From a virus: a stretch of DNA of 64,000 nucleotides. Made by a program: the position numbers and the translations under genes. The notes under the pieces were generated by a model. That model made no database searches. It was not told the origin of the DNA and saw nothing but the letters and a program-made list of their open reading frames with translations. Shown one piece after another: positions 36,320-45,981 of this stretch (positions within the stretch are counted from its first letter, which is position 1; each line of letters starts with the position of its first letter). The DNA lies in IMG/VR virus record IMGVR_UViG_3300036827_000193, positions 17,388 to 81,387 of that record; one strand, written 5' to 3'.

Positions 36320-38859
36320 GCGGCGCGCGGTCCCTGCTGCGGCAGCCGCACACCGGAGATGCGCCCGGTCTTGGGATCCCGCGTGAAGTCGAGCTTGCCG
36401 TCCGTGAGCAACTGCATCAGCGCCTCATGCGGAGCCGGTGCGGGAGGAGCGGCCGGCGCAGCAGCGGGAGGCGAGGACGCGGAGGGCGGACCGCTTGGAC
36501 CCGTGCCGGAAGGCGCACCCTGCGGGGACGCAGGCGCGGCATCTTCCATCTCCGCGCCCTCGCCAGCTTGTGCCGTGGTATCGTTGGCGAGATCGCGGCG
36601 GTGCTTGGCGATGGCGAGGCCATGCCGGTGGCCGTGCTCGAGCGCGGCGAGGTGGGTCTGGTTGGTGCGATGGCCGTGGTCGAACCCGGTGCGCTTGGCC
36701 TCGACCTGGTGGCCGAGCATGCGGTCGATGATGTCGGCCTCGAGCTCGCGCTTGCCGAGCGCGACCTTGGCGAGCGCGGCCATGCCAGTGAAGTAGGCGG
36801 CTTCGCCGGTGCGGTTGTCCTTGGCGATCTTGGCCTGCAATTCCTGCGTCTTGAGGTCGGCCATCGGGTTGGCGCGGGGTTGCCCGTTGTCCTTGAAGAA
36901 GCGCGCGCCGCCGTCCTTGTAGCCGGCCGCGCCGAACACCTCCTCGATCACCGCCTCGCTGTTGATTTCTTTCTGCCCGGACTGGAACTCGGGCGCCTGC
37001 GCCAATAGCGGCGCGACGATCTGCGCAGCGGCCTGGAACTTGGCCAGCCGCTGCTGCGGGTCGCCGGCGCCGAGGCCGGCGCTGACGCGAATGGTGATCT
37101 GCTGCTCCAGCAAGTCGTCGTCGATCTTGCTGATGCCGTGCTTCTCGAACAACTGCGCGCGCTGGCCGCACAGGCCGAGCACGACCGGGTCGCTCTCGTA
37201 GTATTGCTCGCAGCGCACGATCTGCGCCAGCGCCGGCTCGACCCAGGTCTCGATCCAGACCCGGATATCGAATTCCTGCACCGCATTGGCAGCGCCGGCG
37301 GCGAGTTTGAGGCCGCCCAGCGTCTTGCCGAGCGCGTTGTTGTTCTCGACATTGCCGTAGTTCTGCTGGCCGGCGAGGTCGTCGAATTCGAGATCGAGCT
37401 CGCGGCCCATCAGGATCGGCCCCTGGCCCAACTGCGGCGGTGTCTCCCACACCACGTCGTCCTTGTCGTCGACGAAGATCGAGGAGCCGGACGAGCGGCG
37501 CTTGACCTGGTCCATGTCGATGCGCCGGCCGCGCTTGACCTTCGAGATCGGCATGACGTTTTGCTTGACGGCGTCGAGCGTGAGATTGCGCAGGTCGTTG
37601 GTTTCGACCTGCAGCGGCTGCCAGGATTCCACCGCCGACATCGGAAAGATGCGGTGCGATTCGAGGTTGCCGTAGCCCAGCACCAAAGGGCGCTCGCCGT
37701 ACTGCTCGGGATAGACCTCGCGCGTCGGCTTGGGATCAGTGAGGTAATACTTGTCGCCGACCGACCAGAACGTCCAGTCCTCGCCCGCCACCCGCATGAA
37801 GGTCTCGTACACCCACACGATCTGGAATTCGGTGCCGGTCTGGGTCTCGTCGAGCCGGTCGAGCCCCATCTCGCGGGCGCGGCGGATCGCCTCCATGTCC
37901 TGCTTGCCGAGGTTTGCGGCCTGGCGCAGCGCCTGCTCGGAGACCTGCTTCCACGGATTGACCGGGGCGTCCTGCTTGCCGAGGATTTCCTCGACCGTCA
38001 TCGGGTATTTGAGGATGACGAAGGCGGCATTCTGCGCCGGGTTGAGCCAGTTGGCGGCTGAATCGATGACGAAGTTTTCCGGCGGGAACAGCACCATGTC
38101 GGGGCGGTCGACGTCGAGCGTGTAGACCTCGCGCACGCCCTTGACGAGAGCGCCGTTGCCGTCGTCGACATCGGCGTCTTCCTCGCCGGTCTTGCGATGC
38201 TCCTGCTTCCAGCACTGCTTGGAGAGGCAGATGCCGGTGAGCAGCGTGTCTTCGCGCGCGCCCATCGAGATCAGGAACCAGGGCAGCGACGCCTTGCCGC
38301 TGGTGCGGTCGGTGCGGTAGTTGACCAGTTCCTCCATCACACCGGCGGCGGCGCGCTGTTTCGGATCGGCCTCGTTGCCGGGCAGGCAATTGATGGCGTC
38401 GACGTTGTTGAACAGGCTTGCGGCAACGGCAGCGAGATCCTTGCGCACCGCGGCGCGCGTCTTGGGCACGAACAGCCGCGAGCGGCCGCGCCATTCGGGC
38501 CGGGTGTACTTGGACCCGACGTAGTGCTCGTTGTGAAAGGCGCGCAGCGACTGCGACCAGGCGCGGCGGTTGACCTGCGCCATGTAGAGCTGCGACTGCT
38601 GCTCGGCCTCGCGCACCAGGCGCAGGAATTCGATTCCCGGACCGGGCTGGCCGTCGTCAACGCCTTCGGGATTGGCGGCCTCGTAGGCCGCGGTGTTCTC
38701 CAGCTCCGGACCACTCTGGCCACCACCTTGGCCGCCAGCTTCGCGCGCGCGCTCGATCGCATCCTCGCCCGGGGGCTGGCCCGGGCCGGTGAACGAGATC
38801 GGCCGCGCCCGGGTGTTGGCGAGATCGTCCTCGCCGGGCGGATAAGTGCGGAGCGCCAT
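36316..38859 (-). CDS. Portal protein
   Basis: 847 aa; RSRLFVPKTR, PPENFVID, LQVETNDLRN, TLGG; lies between terL and scaffold. Confidence 0.9.
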   Translation of the reverse strand: MALRTYPPGEDDLANTRARPISFTGPGQPPGEDAIERAREAGGQGGGQSGPELENTAAYEAANPEGVDDGQPGPGIEFLRLVREAEQQSQLYMAQVNRRAWSQSLRAFHNEHYVGSKYTRPEWRGRSRLFVPKTRAAVRKDLAAVAASLFNNVDAINCLPGNEADPKQRAAAGVMEELVNYRTDRTSGKASLPWFLISMGAREDTLLTGICLSKQCWKQEHRKTGEEDADVDDGNGALVKGVREVYTLDVDRPDMVLFPPENFVIDSAANWLNPAQNAAFVILKYPMTVEEILGKQDAPVNPWKQVSEQALRQAANLGKQDMEAIRRAREMGLDRLDETQTGTEFQIVWVYETFMRVAGEDWTFWSVGDKYYLTDPKPTREVYPEQYGERPLVLGYGNLESHRIFPMSAVESWQPLQVETNDLRNLTLDAVKQNVMPISKVKRGRRIDMDQVKRRSSGSSIFVDDKDDVVWETPPQLGQGPILMGRELDLEFDDLAGQQNYGNVENNNALGKTLGGLKLAAGAANAVQEFDIRVWIETWVEPALAQIVRCEQYYESDPVVLGLCGQRAQLFEKHGISKIDDDLLEQQITIRVSAGLGAGDPQQRLAKFQAAAQIVAPLLAQAPEFQSGQKEINSEAVIEEVFGAAGYKDGGARFFKDNGQPRANPMADLKTQELQAKIAKDNRTGEAAYFTGMAALAKVALGKRELEADIIDRMLGHQVEAKRTGFDHGHRTNQTHLAALEHGHRHGLAIAKHRRDLANDTTAQAGEGAEMEDAAPASPQGAPSGTGPSGPPSASSPPAAAPAAPPAPAPHEALMQLLTDGKLDFTRDPKTGRISGVRLPQQGPRAA

Positions 38860-38864
38860 CGGAT

Positions 38865-39176
38865 TTACGTCGTAATCACTGCCGAAATCTTGTCGCCGGG
38901 CTTGACCAGGAAGTATTCGGTCTGCCCGGCCGTCATGCGCTGGTGCGAGGTGGTGGCGACCGGCGCCTTGGCGATGATGACGCAGCAGATCGAGTCGGTG
39001 TGCACGCGAACGAGCCGCGTGTTGGTGCCGAACGCCGCCGATTCAGCGTGCCCGCCGCTGTAGTCGATCGGCGCCTGCAGGATCGCGTCATCGGAGAAGA
39101 ACGCCAGCGGCGGAAACATGCCGCCCATGGCGTTCTGCGGCGCCTCGAACTCGGTGACGTAGAGCTTGGATGTCAT
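38865..39176 (-). CDS. Small phage structural-type protein
   Basis: LYVTEF, SAAFGTNTRLVRVHTD, MTAGQTEYF. Confidence 0.7.
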   Translation of the reverse strand: MTSKLYVTEFEAPQNAMGGMFPPLAFFSDDAILQAPIDYSGGHAESAAFGTNTRLVRVHTDSICCVIIAKAPVATTSHQRMTAGQTEYFLVKPGDKISAVITT

Positions 39177-39179
39177 GGT

Positions 39180-39449
39180 TCAGTCCTCAGCGCATGCGGC
39201 GCTCAGTGGCGAAGGCCACCGATCAAGCAAGTAGGTCATGACGTGGTTGGCAATGTCGTTTGGGACGCCGATGGCAAGCATCGTGTCGAAGACCGGCCGT
39301 ACGCGGCGCAGGTCGGCCTCGATGCTGGCGTGGCAGGCATCGCAGACCGTGACCGCGGTTACCTCACCGTCGCATTGCAGATCGAGCGGAGCGCCCGGAC
39401 CGCCGCACGCACCGCAGCGATGCAGCGGCACGACGTTGGCTGCATTCAC
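39180..39449 (-). CDS. Small CxxC-containing hypothetical protein
   Basis: CGAC and CDAC; coupled to upstream stop. Confidence 0.5.
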   Translation of the reverse strand: MNAANVVPLHRCGACGGPGAPLDLQCDGEVTAVTVCDACHASIEADLRRVRPVFDTMLAIGVPNDIANHVMTYLLDRWPSPLSAACAED

Positions 39450-39916
39450 TCCGGCACCTTGCGCGAGGGCAGGACCAGCGCCGAGTGCTTGGCGCGCGCA
39501 TCGAGGAAGGATTCGAGATTGAAGCGGCCGCGCGAGACGCCGTAGCGTTCCAGCAACTGGCCACCGGCGCGGCGCAAGAGGCCGTCGCTCAATTCATCGG
39601 TGGTCAGGTTGATCGCCCAGAACTTGTTGATGCCCATCAGGATCGGCACCGAGACGTAGGCCATCTTCTGCGCGCCGTCGTAGATGCAGCGCCATGGGAT
39701 GCCCGGGTAGGTTTGCGTCAGGACCTCGTGCATCCACGTCGCGTTGGCGATGTCCATGCGCTCGAACGGATCGTCGAGCACTTCGCCGTTCGGCCCGGCC
39801 GGCGCGTCGTGCTTGGTCAGCACGACCATGTCGTGGCCGCCGTGGCTGACTTTTGGGATCACGTCCTGGCGGAGTGTGATGGCGTCGTGCGGCATGGCGG
39901 GTGTCCACAAATGCAA
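39446..39916 (-). CDS. Conserved-looking phage protein upstream of portal
   Basis: LTQTYPG..W..AGGQLLERYG.SRG pattern. Confidence 0.7.
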   Translation of the reverse strand: MHLWTPAMPHDAITLRQDVIPKVSHGGHDMVVLTKHDAPAGPNGEVLDDPFERMDIANATWMHEVLTQTYPGIPWRCIYDGAQKMAYVSVPILMGINKFWAINLTTDELSDGLLRRAGGQLLERYGVSRGRFNLESFLDARAKHSALVLPSRKVPE

Positions 39917-39967
39917 AAGGCCGCCCGGTGGGGCGGCTCGCGGCAGCGGATGGAGGTTGGGAGGCGT

Positions 39968-40882
39968 CTAGAAGGGCGGCGAACGCATGCAGAGCGCGAA
40001 TGCCGCGATGCGATTGGCAATCTTGAGCGCGGCCGGCTCGTCGGTCTCCAGCGTGATCTTCTGCGCCAGCATGATGTCGCCGATCGCCGGCGCATCGACC
40101 GGCTGCAGGCAGATGCGATCAACAACGTCGCCCTGCTGGTCCAAACATTCGACGTTGTAACTGCGCCCGGTTGTGATCCGATAGCGTCCGCCGGCGGAGC
40201 CTGTCACCGCGAAGCTCTTGGTTGCCTTGTACTGTTTGCGCTGTGCCGGCGAGAGCCAGCCGGTGAGCAAGGCGAGCGATCTGGCGTGGGCCTTGCGGTC
40301 GGCCTCGGAATTGACCGGCACGCTCAAATACAAATAGCCGCCGGTGGCAGGGGTCGTCCAGAATTGTAGGTCGCGCCGGTCGATCGAAAGGGTGTTGTTG
40401 TCTGGTTGAACGGTCACGCTGGGGTCGGTGTCGACGGCCAGCATCGGCGTCGCCACCCCGTACATCACGGCGTCGTTGACGCGGCGATTGACCTCGCGCT
40501 GCACCTCGTGGCGCGCTCTAAGGTCCTCGAACAGGCCGACATAGTCGCGATCGGCAACACGCTGCCAGTCGATGTCCTGGCGAAGCTCGTGCCTCGTCAC
40601 GATCCAGTGCTGGTCGCGATCATCGAAAAAATGCGCGGTGAATTCGACGGCGTCGTGGATGAGACGATCACGCCACCGCACCGAGCGGATATGCGGCAAT
40701 GGACGATCGCCGTAGGAATACAGAACGTGGCGAAACGCACGCTCAGCGGCGCGAAGCACAACGTCCTGGCCCCGCCGTCGCGGACGCGGCACCAGACGGC
40801 GCCAGCCGGTCACCTCATCGATTGTCGATCGAGCATCGTCGACGGTGGTAAAATAATCGCTCGACCACCATTGAGCCGCCAA
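39968..40882 (-). CDS. Hypothetical protein, partner of the GG-terminal protein
   Basis: C-terminal LLTGWLSPAQ..GGRYRI..NV..ICLQP..GDIMLAQKITLETDE domain. Confidence 0.7.
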   Translation of the reverse strand: MAAQWWSSDYFTTVDDARSTIDEVTGWRRLVPRPRRRGQDVVLRAAERAFRHVLYSYGDRPLPHIRSVRWRDRLIHDAVEFTAHFFDDRDQHWIVTRHELRQDIDWQRVADRDYVGLFEDLRARHEVQREVNRRVNDAVMYGVATPMLAVDTDPSVTVQPDNNTLSIDRRDLQFWTTPATGGYLYLSVPVNSEADRKAHARSLALLTGWLSPAQRKQYKATKSFAVTGSAGGRYRITTGRSYNVECLDQQGDVVDRICLQPVDAPAIGDIMLAQKITLETDEPAALKIANRIAAFALCMRSPPF

Positions 40883-40885
40883 GTC

Positions 40886-41113
40886 TCACCCGCCCTGCAT
40901 CTGCGGCCGGAACAGGGTCTCGTCCTTGGTGTCCTTGAACGAGCGCGCCAGCGTGTAGTCGCTCTCGCCGGCGTTGCGCGTCACCGCGATGTGCTTGTCC
41001 TCGCCGACCAGTTTCTCGAACCGCGCCATCGCCTCCGTGACCTGCGCGTCGTTTTTCGGATCGAACGCGACGGTGCTGTGGCCGCTGTGGTCCATGATGA
41101 TGTGCGTTGCCAT
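40886..41113 (-). CDS. 75-aa protein ending in Gly-Gly
   Basis: GAGGGAG SD; MATHIIMDHSGH..ETLFRPQMQGG-stop. Confidence 0.75.
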   Translation of the reverse strand: MATHIIMDHSGHSTVAFDPKNDAQVTEAMARFEKLVGEDKHIAVTRNAGESDYTLARSFKDTKDETLFRPQMQGG

Positions 41114-41338
41114 ATGGGGCTCCCTCATGAATGAGACGCGCACGGCATAGCCTGATTTGGTTAAGATCAACAAGAGTCAGGCGGCCTTGCCCACGCGTTT
41201 GGGCCGCAGCATACCCAGATGCCGCCCCGCCACCGTCATGATGGCAATCCAGTGCTCGCGCTCGATCGGCGCGCCGGCGCGCACGATCGCCGACACCGAA
41301 GTCGTGCGCATGGCAATGGCGCGGTAGAACGCGAGCAT

Positions 41339-41572
41339 TCAGATCCCCGTCAGGCCGTCCGGATAGCGCCACGTTCCCGATACCGTGCCGGTCGGGTCGA
41401 ACGAAACATTCTGCTGGTCGGCGGTGGCGCCGCCCGGGGCAAACGTGGTGAGCCGCACCAGCCCGCTTGCCGCCGCGACCGCAATCACGATGGCCGGATA
41501 GGTGTTGGTCGCGGTCTCGGTGTAGATGACCGACTGGCACATCTGCGGGCCGGCAGCCTGGTTCTCGGCCAT
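41339..41572 (-). CDS. Hypothetical protein
   Basis: YPAIV..GTWRYP SH3-like small protein. Confidence 0.6.
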   Translation of the reverse strand: MAENQAAGPQMCQSVIYTETATNTYPAIVIAVAAASGLVRLTTFAPGGATADQQNVSFDPTGTVSGTWRYPDGLTGI

Positions 41573-41583
41573 GCTCGAAACTT

Positions 41584-42603
41584 TCAGGCCGCGCGGCGAT
41601 GCTTCTGCCGCGCGATCCAGTTGAAGGTGCGCTCAAGCCCGACATCGAACGGCGTCGAGGCCTTCCAGCCGAGATGCTTCTCGGCAAGGTCGGTCGTCAT
41701 GTGCAGGGTCTGCTTGCCGATCGGGCCGGGCACGTTCTTGATGGTGAGCCGCTTGTTGGACAGCGCAATCGCCTTCTCGGCGATATCGTTGCAGGTCGTG
41801 AGCTCCTGCGTCGCGATGTTGACCGGGCCACTGAAATCGTTCGACCGCACCAGCGCCGTCATCGCCTCCAGCAGATCGTCGATGTAGACCAGCGGCCGGA
41901 TCTGGTTGCCGTCGCCCCAGACCTCGACCTCGCCGCCGTTTGGTGCATCGAGCACCTTGCGGCAGATCGCGGCCACTGCCTTTTCGCGGCCGTCGTCGAA
42001 CGCGGAGCCCGGGCCATAGATGGTCGAGAAGCGGGTGACACAGACGTTGAGGCCGTGGTTGCGTTTGTACGCGGCGTACAATTGCTCGCTGAACAGTTTC
42101 TCCCAGCCATAGGCGTTGCTGGGGTTGGCCGGATAGGCGTCTTCCTCGCAAATGGGGACCGTCCAAAGGTCGAAGCCAATTTTAACGGTCGCCCTAGCCC
42201 GGTAGGCATTAGACCCCATCTCGTCGTCGTAGACGCACGACGATGAGGTGTAGAGCAGCCGGCCGCAGCCGATCCGGCTGAAGGCTTCGGCGACGCGGGC
42301 GTTGATCAGCACGTTGTCGCGGATCACCTCGGCGTCGTGATGCCCGGTGAAGATGTAGCCGGCGCCGCCCATGTTGCAGGCGAGCTGGTAGACCTCGTCG
42401 AACGGTTGCCCGTTCGGCGCCGTCATCCGCATCACGTCATCGAGCCAGCGCAGGTCGAGCCCCGCAAAGTAGTCGGCGGCACTCGGCTCGAACGGCGGCC
42501 TCCTGATGTCTGCGGCCGCGACCCAGTAGCCCTCTTCCTTGAGCCGCCTTGTCAGCGCCATGCCGATGAAGCCGGCGCCGCCGAGCACCAGGGCGGTTTT
42601 CAT
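41584..42603 (-). CDS. NAD-dependent sugar-nucleotide epimerase (GDP-mannose 3,5-epimerase-like)
   Basis: GGAGFIG, YQLACNMGGAGYI, SSSCVY, YGWEKLFSE, EVWGDG. Confidence 0.9.
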   Translation of the reverse strand: MKTALVLGGAGFIGMALTRRLKEEGYWVAAADIRRPPFEPSAADYFAGLDLRWLDDVMRMTAPNGQPFDEVYQLACNMGGAGYIFTGHHDAEVIRDNVLINARVAEAFSRIGCGRLLYTSSSCVYDDEMGSNAYRARATVKIGFDLWTVPICEEDAYPANPSNAYGWEKLFSEQLYAAYKRNHGLNVCVTRFSTIYGPGSAFDDGREKAVAAICRKVLDAPNGGEVEVWGDGNQIRPLVYIDDLLEAMTALVRSNDFSGPVNIATQELTTCNDIAEKAIALSNKRLTIKNVPGPIGKQTLHMTTDLAEKHLGWKASTPFDVGLERTFNWIARQKHRRAA

Positions 42604-43349
42604 TTCCGTGTTGCCCCGTTGATCGCCTGCAGGAAGGCCTGCGGTGTGTTCGGTATGATGTTGAGGAGTTTCATCTGCTCGTCCCAATCGGACTGAAACG
42701 GCATATGCGCGGCGCTGTACATTACGCCCAGCGGTGATCGAAAATTCCCGACAATGCCAAGCCCGGTCGGTGGGCAGGCGACGGTGAAGGCGACGAGGTC
42801 GGTCCGCTCGACGATGGCTGCCATCAGGCGCCAGACATCGCCGGTATGGAACGAGGACTGCGGCAACGGCGTCGCGGTGCGCTCATCCATCGGGATGACG
42901 TCATGGATGGCGATGATCGAGGAAGGCTTCGCCAGCCGTTCGAGGCTCTCAAAGTCGCGCAGCGCATGGTCGAAGCTGTGATCGCCGTCGATGAAGGCAA
43001 GGTCGAAGCCCGCGACAAGCTGGCTGTTATGCGGGTTGGCGAAGAAGGCGTCGCTGGTCGAGACGGAAAAGGCCGTGTTCGGCTTGCCCTTTTCAACGAG
43101 CGCCTGGCTCGGCGCCGGATCGATCGCGATGCACCGGGTATTGGCGTGCGCAAGCTCAAGGCTTTTGCCCTCGCGCACGCCGATCTCGACGTAAAGCTTC
43201 GGCCACAGCGTCATGTGCAGCGCGCGCAGCACCTGGAGATAGTTCGGCCCGGGCAGCTTGAGATAGGCCAGCGCCTCGTAGCCGAGGTGATCGTGGATCG
43301 GCGCCGTCGCCAGCGTGTGGGCGATGCGCTCGCAGAGTTCACGCTGCAT
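42600..43349 (-). CDS. Class I SAM-dependent methyltransferase (Methyltransf_24-like)
   Basis: YVEIGVREGKS, FDLAFIDGDHS, IHD. Confidence 0.88.
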   Translation of the reverse strand: MQRELCERIAHTLATAPIHDHLGYEALAYLKLPGPNYLQVLRALHMTLWPKLYVEIGVREGKSLELAHANTRCIAIDPAPSQALVEKGKPNTAFSVSTSDAFFANPHNSQLVAGFDLAFIDGDHSFDHALRDFESLERLAKPSSIIAIHDVIPMDERTATPLPQSSFHTGDVWRLMAAIVERTDLVAFTVACPPTGLGIVGNFRSPLGVMYSAAHMPFQSDWDEQMKLLNIIPNTPQAFLQAINGATRK

Positions 43350-43625
43350 TCAATCCCACCGGTTTGTGAACGTCACTGGAGTGCGCAGCGGAATGAATTG
43401 CTTGACCATTTCCGCGTGCTTGAGGCCGTGCCAGACGTCGCCTAGTGCCGGGCCTCCGGTTCCTTCCAGGAACATGATGTTGTAATGCGCCGCCACCCCG
43501 AGACAGGCATCGCGCGCCACGATCACAAGCGGCCCGCTGACGATGTTGTACTGCCGCGCGAGGAACGGTGTGTCCGGCAGCGGCGAGGCGACATCGGTAG
43601 GCTCGTTGTGGATATCGATCTTCAT
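43350..43625 (-). CDS. Hypothetical protein
   Basis: Coupled to both neighbours. Confidence 0.5.
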   Translation of the reverse strand: MKIDIHNEPTDVASPLPDTPFLARQYNIVSGPLVIVARDACLGVAAHYNIMFLEGTGGPALGDVWHGLKHAEMVKQFIPLRTPVTFTNRWD

Positions 43626-44974
43626 ACCGCCACCATGATGTCGCGTGGCTTGCCGGTGTACTCCTTGCGCCCGGCGTGGATCAGCGCGGCGTCCGGATCG
43701 ATCCAGATTTCACCGCCGATGTCGCGCCAGCGCTGGCAGAACGAGTAGTCCTCCGAGAGCCGCTCGCGGTCCATGCCGTCGCCTGAATAGATCACGTCGA
43801 GAAACAGCGCCCACTCCGGCGGCTTGTCCTTGGTGTTGTAGCGGAGCTCGGGGTAGCCCTCGATCATCTTGTCGATGACGGCGCGCTTCATCATCACGAA
43901 GGCCATGCCGACGTGGCGCGCGCCGAGGAATTTTGTCACCGGGTGCAGTTGCGGCGGCCCGGGCAGCGCGTTGAAGCACAACGCCAGCTCCTCGACCTTC
44001 TTGACGCCGGCGGCGGCGCAGAACTCGTGATCGGCGCAGACCAGCCGCGAGACGAGGCTCGCGTCCCAGCCCATGTCGTCGTCGATCCAGAGGAAATGCG
44101 TGCATTCCGGCTTGGCGTAGTACGCCATCCACAAGGCGCGCTCGCGGCCCTTGCCGATGTGCGAGCCGCCGGCGGTCTCGAACACCGAGACGTTGATGCC
44201 CTTCTGCTGGCAGTGTTTCATGGTCTCATGAAACGAGTGATGGAACGCCCAGTCGACCACCATGTCCTGCATCGGCACGCAGATGCCGATTCGCACCTTT
44301 GAGAAGTCGGTTGCGGTGATGGTGAGCCCGAGCAGGCTTGCGACGCGGTCGCATTGCGCGCGGCGCTCGTCGCTGTTGAGCCATTCGCGGTAGAGCGCGC
44401 GGTCGGCGTCGATGTCGGCGGAGCCGCGCCGGTAGGTTTCGTCCTTCTCGGCCTTGCCGAACAGGTGGTGATGGTGCTCGACGATGACGTCCTCGAGCGG
44501 GCGGTAGACGCCGAAGTCCTGGGCAAAGCGCGCCCAGGTATCGTCGCAGAAGTTGTGCCGCATCCGGCCTGGCGCCAGCGTGCCGATCGCGCGCGCCAGC
44601 GCCCCGCCCATGACGCGGCAGGTGTAGGGCGAGGGGAAGTTCTCGCGGTTGTTGGCGACCGCAACGCCGGTGCCGCCGGCCGCCGCGATCATGGTGTCGT
44701 ACCAGCCGGGTGTCACCGGCCAGTAGTCGTCGTCGATGATGCCGTAATAGGTGCGATCGGGGTACTGGTCGAACGCGAACCGGATCGCCTCGCAGAACCG
44801 CGACCCCGTCGGTGCCGTCAGCAGCCGCCACGGCGGCCCGATCTTGGCGAGATAGTCCTGGTAACAGGGGTCGTCGGCGTTGACGATCACCGTCACGTTT
44901 CCGGGCATACCGCCCGGGGCATCGAGAAGCTTGCGCGGGGCGTCCGGCCGCCCATAGCTTGGCATCAGCCACAT
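43622..44974 (-). CDS. Two-domain GT-A glycosyltransferase
   Basis: Domain 1 PSYGRP..IDDD..HNFCDD..VEHHH; domain 2 THFLWIDDDMGW..LSEDYSFC.RW..IGGEIW. Confidence 0.85.
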   Translation of the reverse strand: MWLMPSYGRPDAPRKLLDAPGGMPGNVTVIVNADDPCYQDYLAKIGPPWRLLTAPTGSRFCEAIRFAFDQYPDRTYYGIIDDDYWPVTPGWYDTMIAAAGGTGVAVANNRENFPSPYTCRVMGGALARAIGTLAPGRMRHNFCDDTWARFAQDFGVYRPLEDVIVEHHHHLFGKAEKDETYRRGSADIDADRALYREWLNSDERRAQCDRVASLLGLTITATDFSKVRIGICVPMQDMVVDWAFHHSFHETMKHCQQKGINVSVFETAGGSHIGKGRERALWMAYYAKPECTHFLWIDDDMGWDASLVSRLVCADHEFCAAAGVKKVEELALCFNALPGPPQLHPVTKFLGARHVGMAFVMMKRAVIDKMIEGYPELRYNTKDKPPEWALFLDVIYSGDGMDRERLSEDYSFCQRWRDIGGEIWIDPDAALIHAGRKEYTGKPRDIMVAV

Positions 44975-45015
44975 GGGCGCCGGACTAGGCCCGTTTGGTT
45001 GATTCCCGGTTACCG

Positions 45016-45654
45016 TTAGCGGAAATATTCGACCGTAAAGCCGTCCAGGAACACGTTGGACTGGGCCGCGGAGGCATCCGCGCAGGTCACCGAGATGGCG
45101 ATCGTGCCGGTGTCGACCGAGGTATCGGTCTGGAATTTCTGCGTGACGATGCCACCCGAGGCAACGCCGGAGAAGAAGTTGGTCTGGGCATTGGCCGCGG
45201 TCTTGAGCGTGGTGCAGGTGAGCTCCCAGGCATAGCCGCTGCCGGTCTGGGTGCCGGTGGTGACGGCGGCACCGCCGACATTGAGCGCGACCGTCTTCGG
45301 CGCGGCATTGCCGGCGACGTGGCCCCAGGCGGTGATATTGAGCTCGCGGCCGGCGGCATCGAGCGTGTTGGCCGGCAGGGTGTAGCTGGTGAGCGTCTGC
45401 GTGGTGTTGGTCGCGCTCGATCCGACCTCGGTCGAGACCACCGTCAGGTTGCCGGCGGCCTTGTAGGTGCCGGTGCCGGTGCCGGCGGGAAACGAGACGC
45501 CGGAGCCGCTATAGAGATCGGTGAACATCGCGTTGAGCTTGGCGACGGCGGTGTCCCAGGTGTCGCCCTGGTCGGAGCCGACGCCCTGGTTGGGTCCGCC
45601 GAGCGGCTGGGTCGAATTCGAGTTGATGGTCTGCTGGGCCACGGTAGCCTCCAA
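45016..45654 (-). CDS. Putative virion structural protein
   Basis: GDTWDTAVAKLNAMFTDLY head-binding-type motif; Thr/Ala-rich; likely GTG start ~45642 after GGAGG. Confidence 0.7.
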   Translation of the reverse strand: MEATVAQQTINSNSTQPLGGPNQGVGSDQGDTWDTAVAKLNAMFTDLYSGSGVSFPAGTGTGTYKAAGNLTVVSTEVGSSATNTTQTLTSYTLPANTLDAAGRELNITAWGHVAGNAAPKTVALNVGGAAVTTGTQTGSGYAWELTCTTLKTAANAQTNFFSGVASGGIVTQKFQTDTSVDTGTIAISVTCADASAAQSNVFLDGFTVEYFR

Positions 45655-45726
45655 AACAAAAAGGCCGCCGAGCGGCGGCCGGGGATCACGAGGCCTGTGG
45701 CCTCTTGAGCGGAGACGGCGCGACGG

Positions 45727-45981
45727 TCAGATGCCGTTCGCCTCGTCATAGGAGCGCAGGATGTCGTGCGCGAAGTCGTAGGCATCCTCGGGATCAAGCG
45801 CGAAGGCGCTCGAAGGTGCGCCGGGCTTGGCGACCTCGATGCAGATCGTGCGGAACGCGCCGCACTCGACATGCCATTCGATCAGCGTGGCGCGCACCGA
45901 TTGCGGAAACCGCTGCGCGCGGCTGTGCCGCATGCTGGCGCGCCCGCTGCGGCGGCGCCTGGCGCGAGCTTTTATGCCCAT
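45727..45981 (-). CDS. Hypothetical protein
   Basis: Co-oriented, overlaps upstream stop. Confidence 0.4.
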   Translation of the reverse strand: MGIKARARRRRSGRASMRHSRAQRFPQSVRATLIEWHVECGAFRTICIEVAKPGAPSSAFALDPEDAYDFAHDILRSYDEANGI

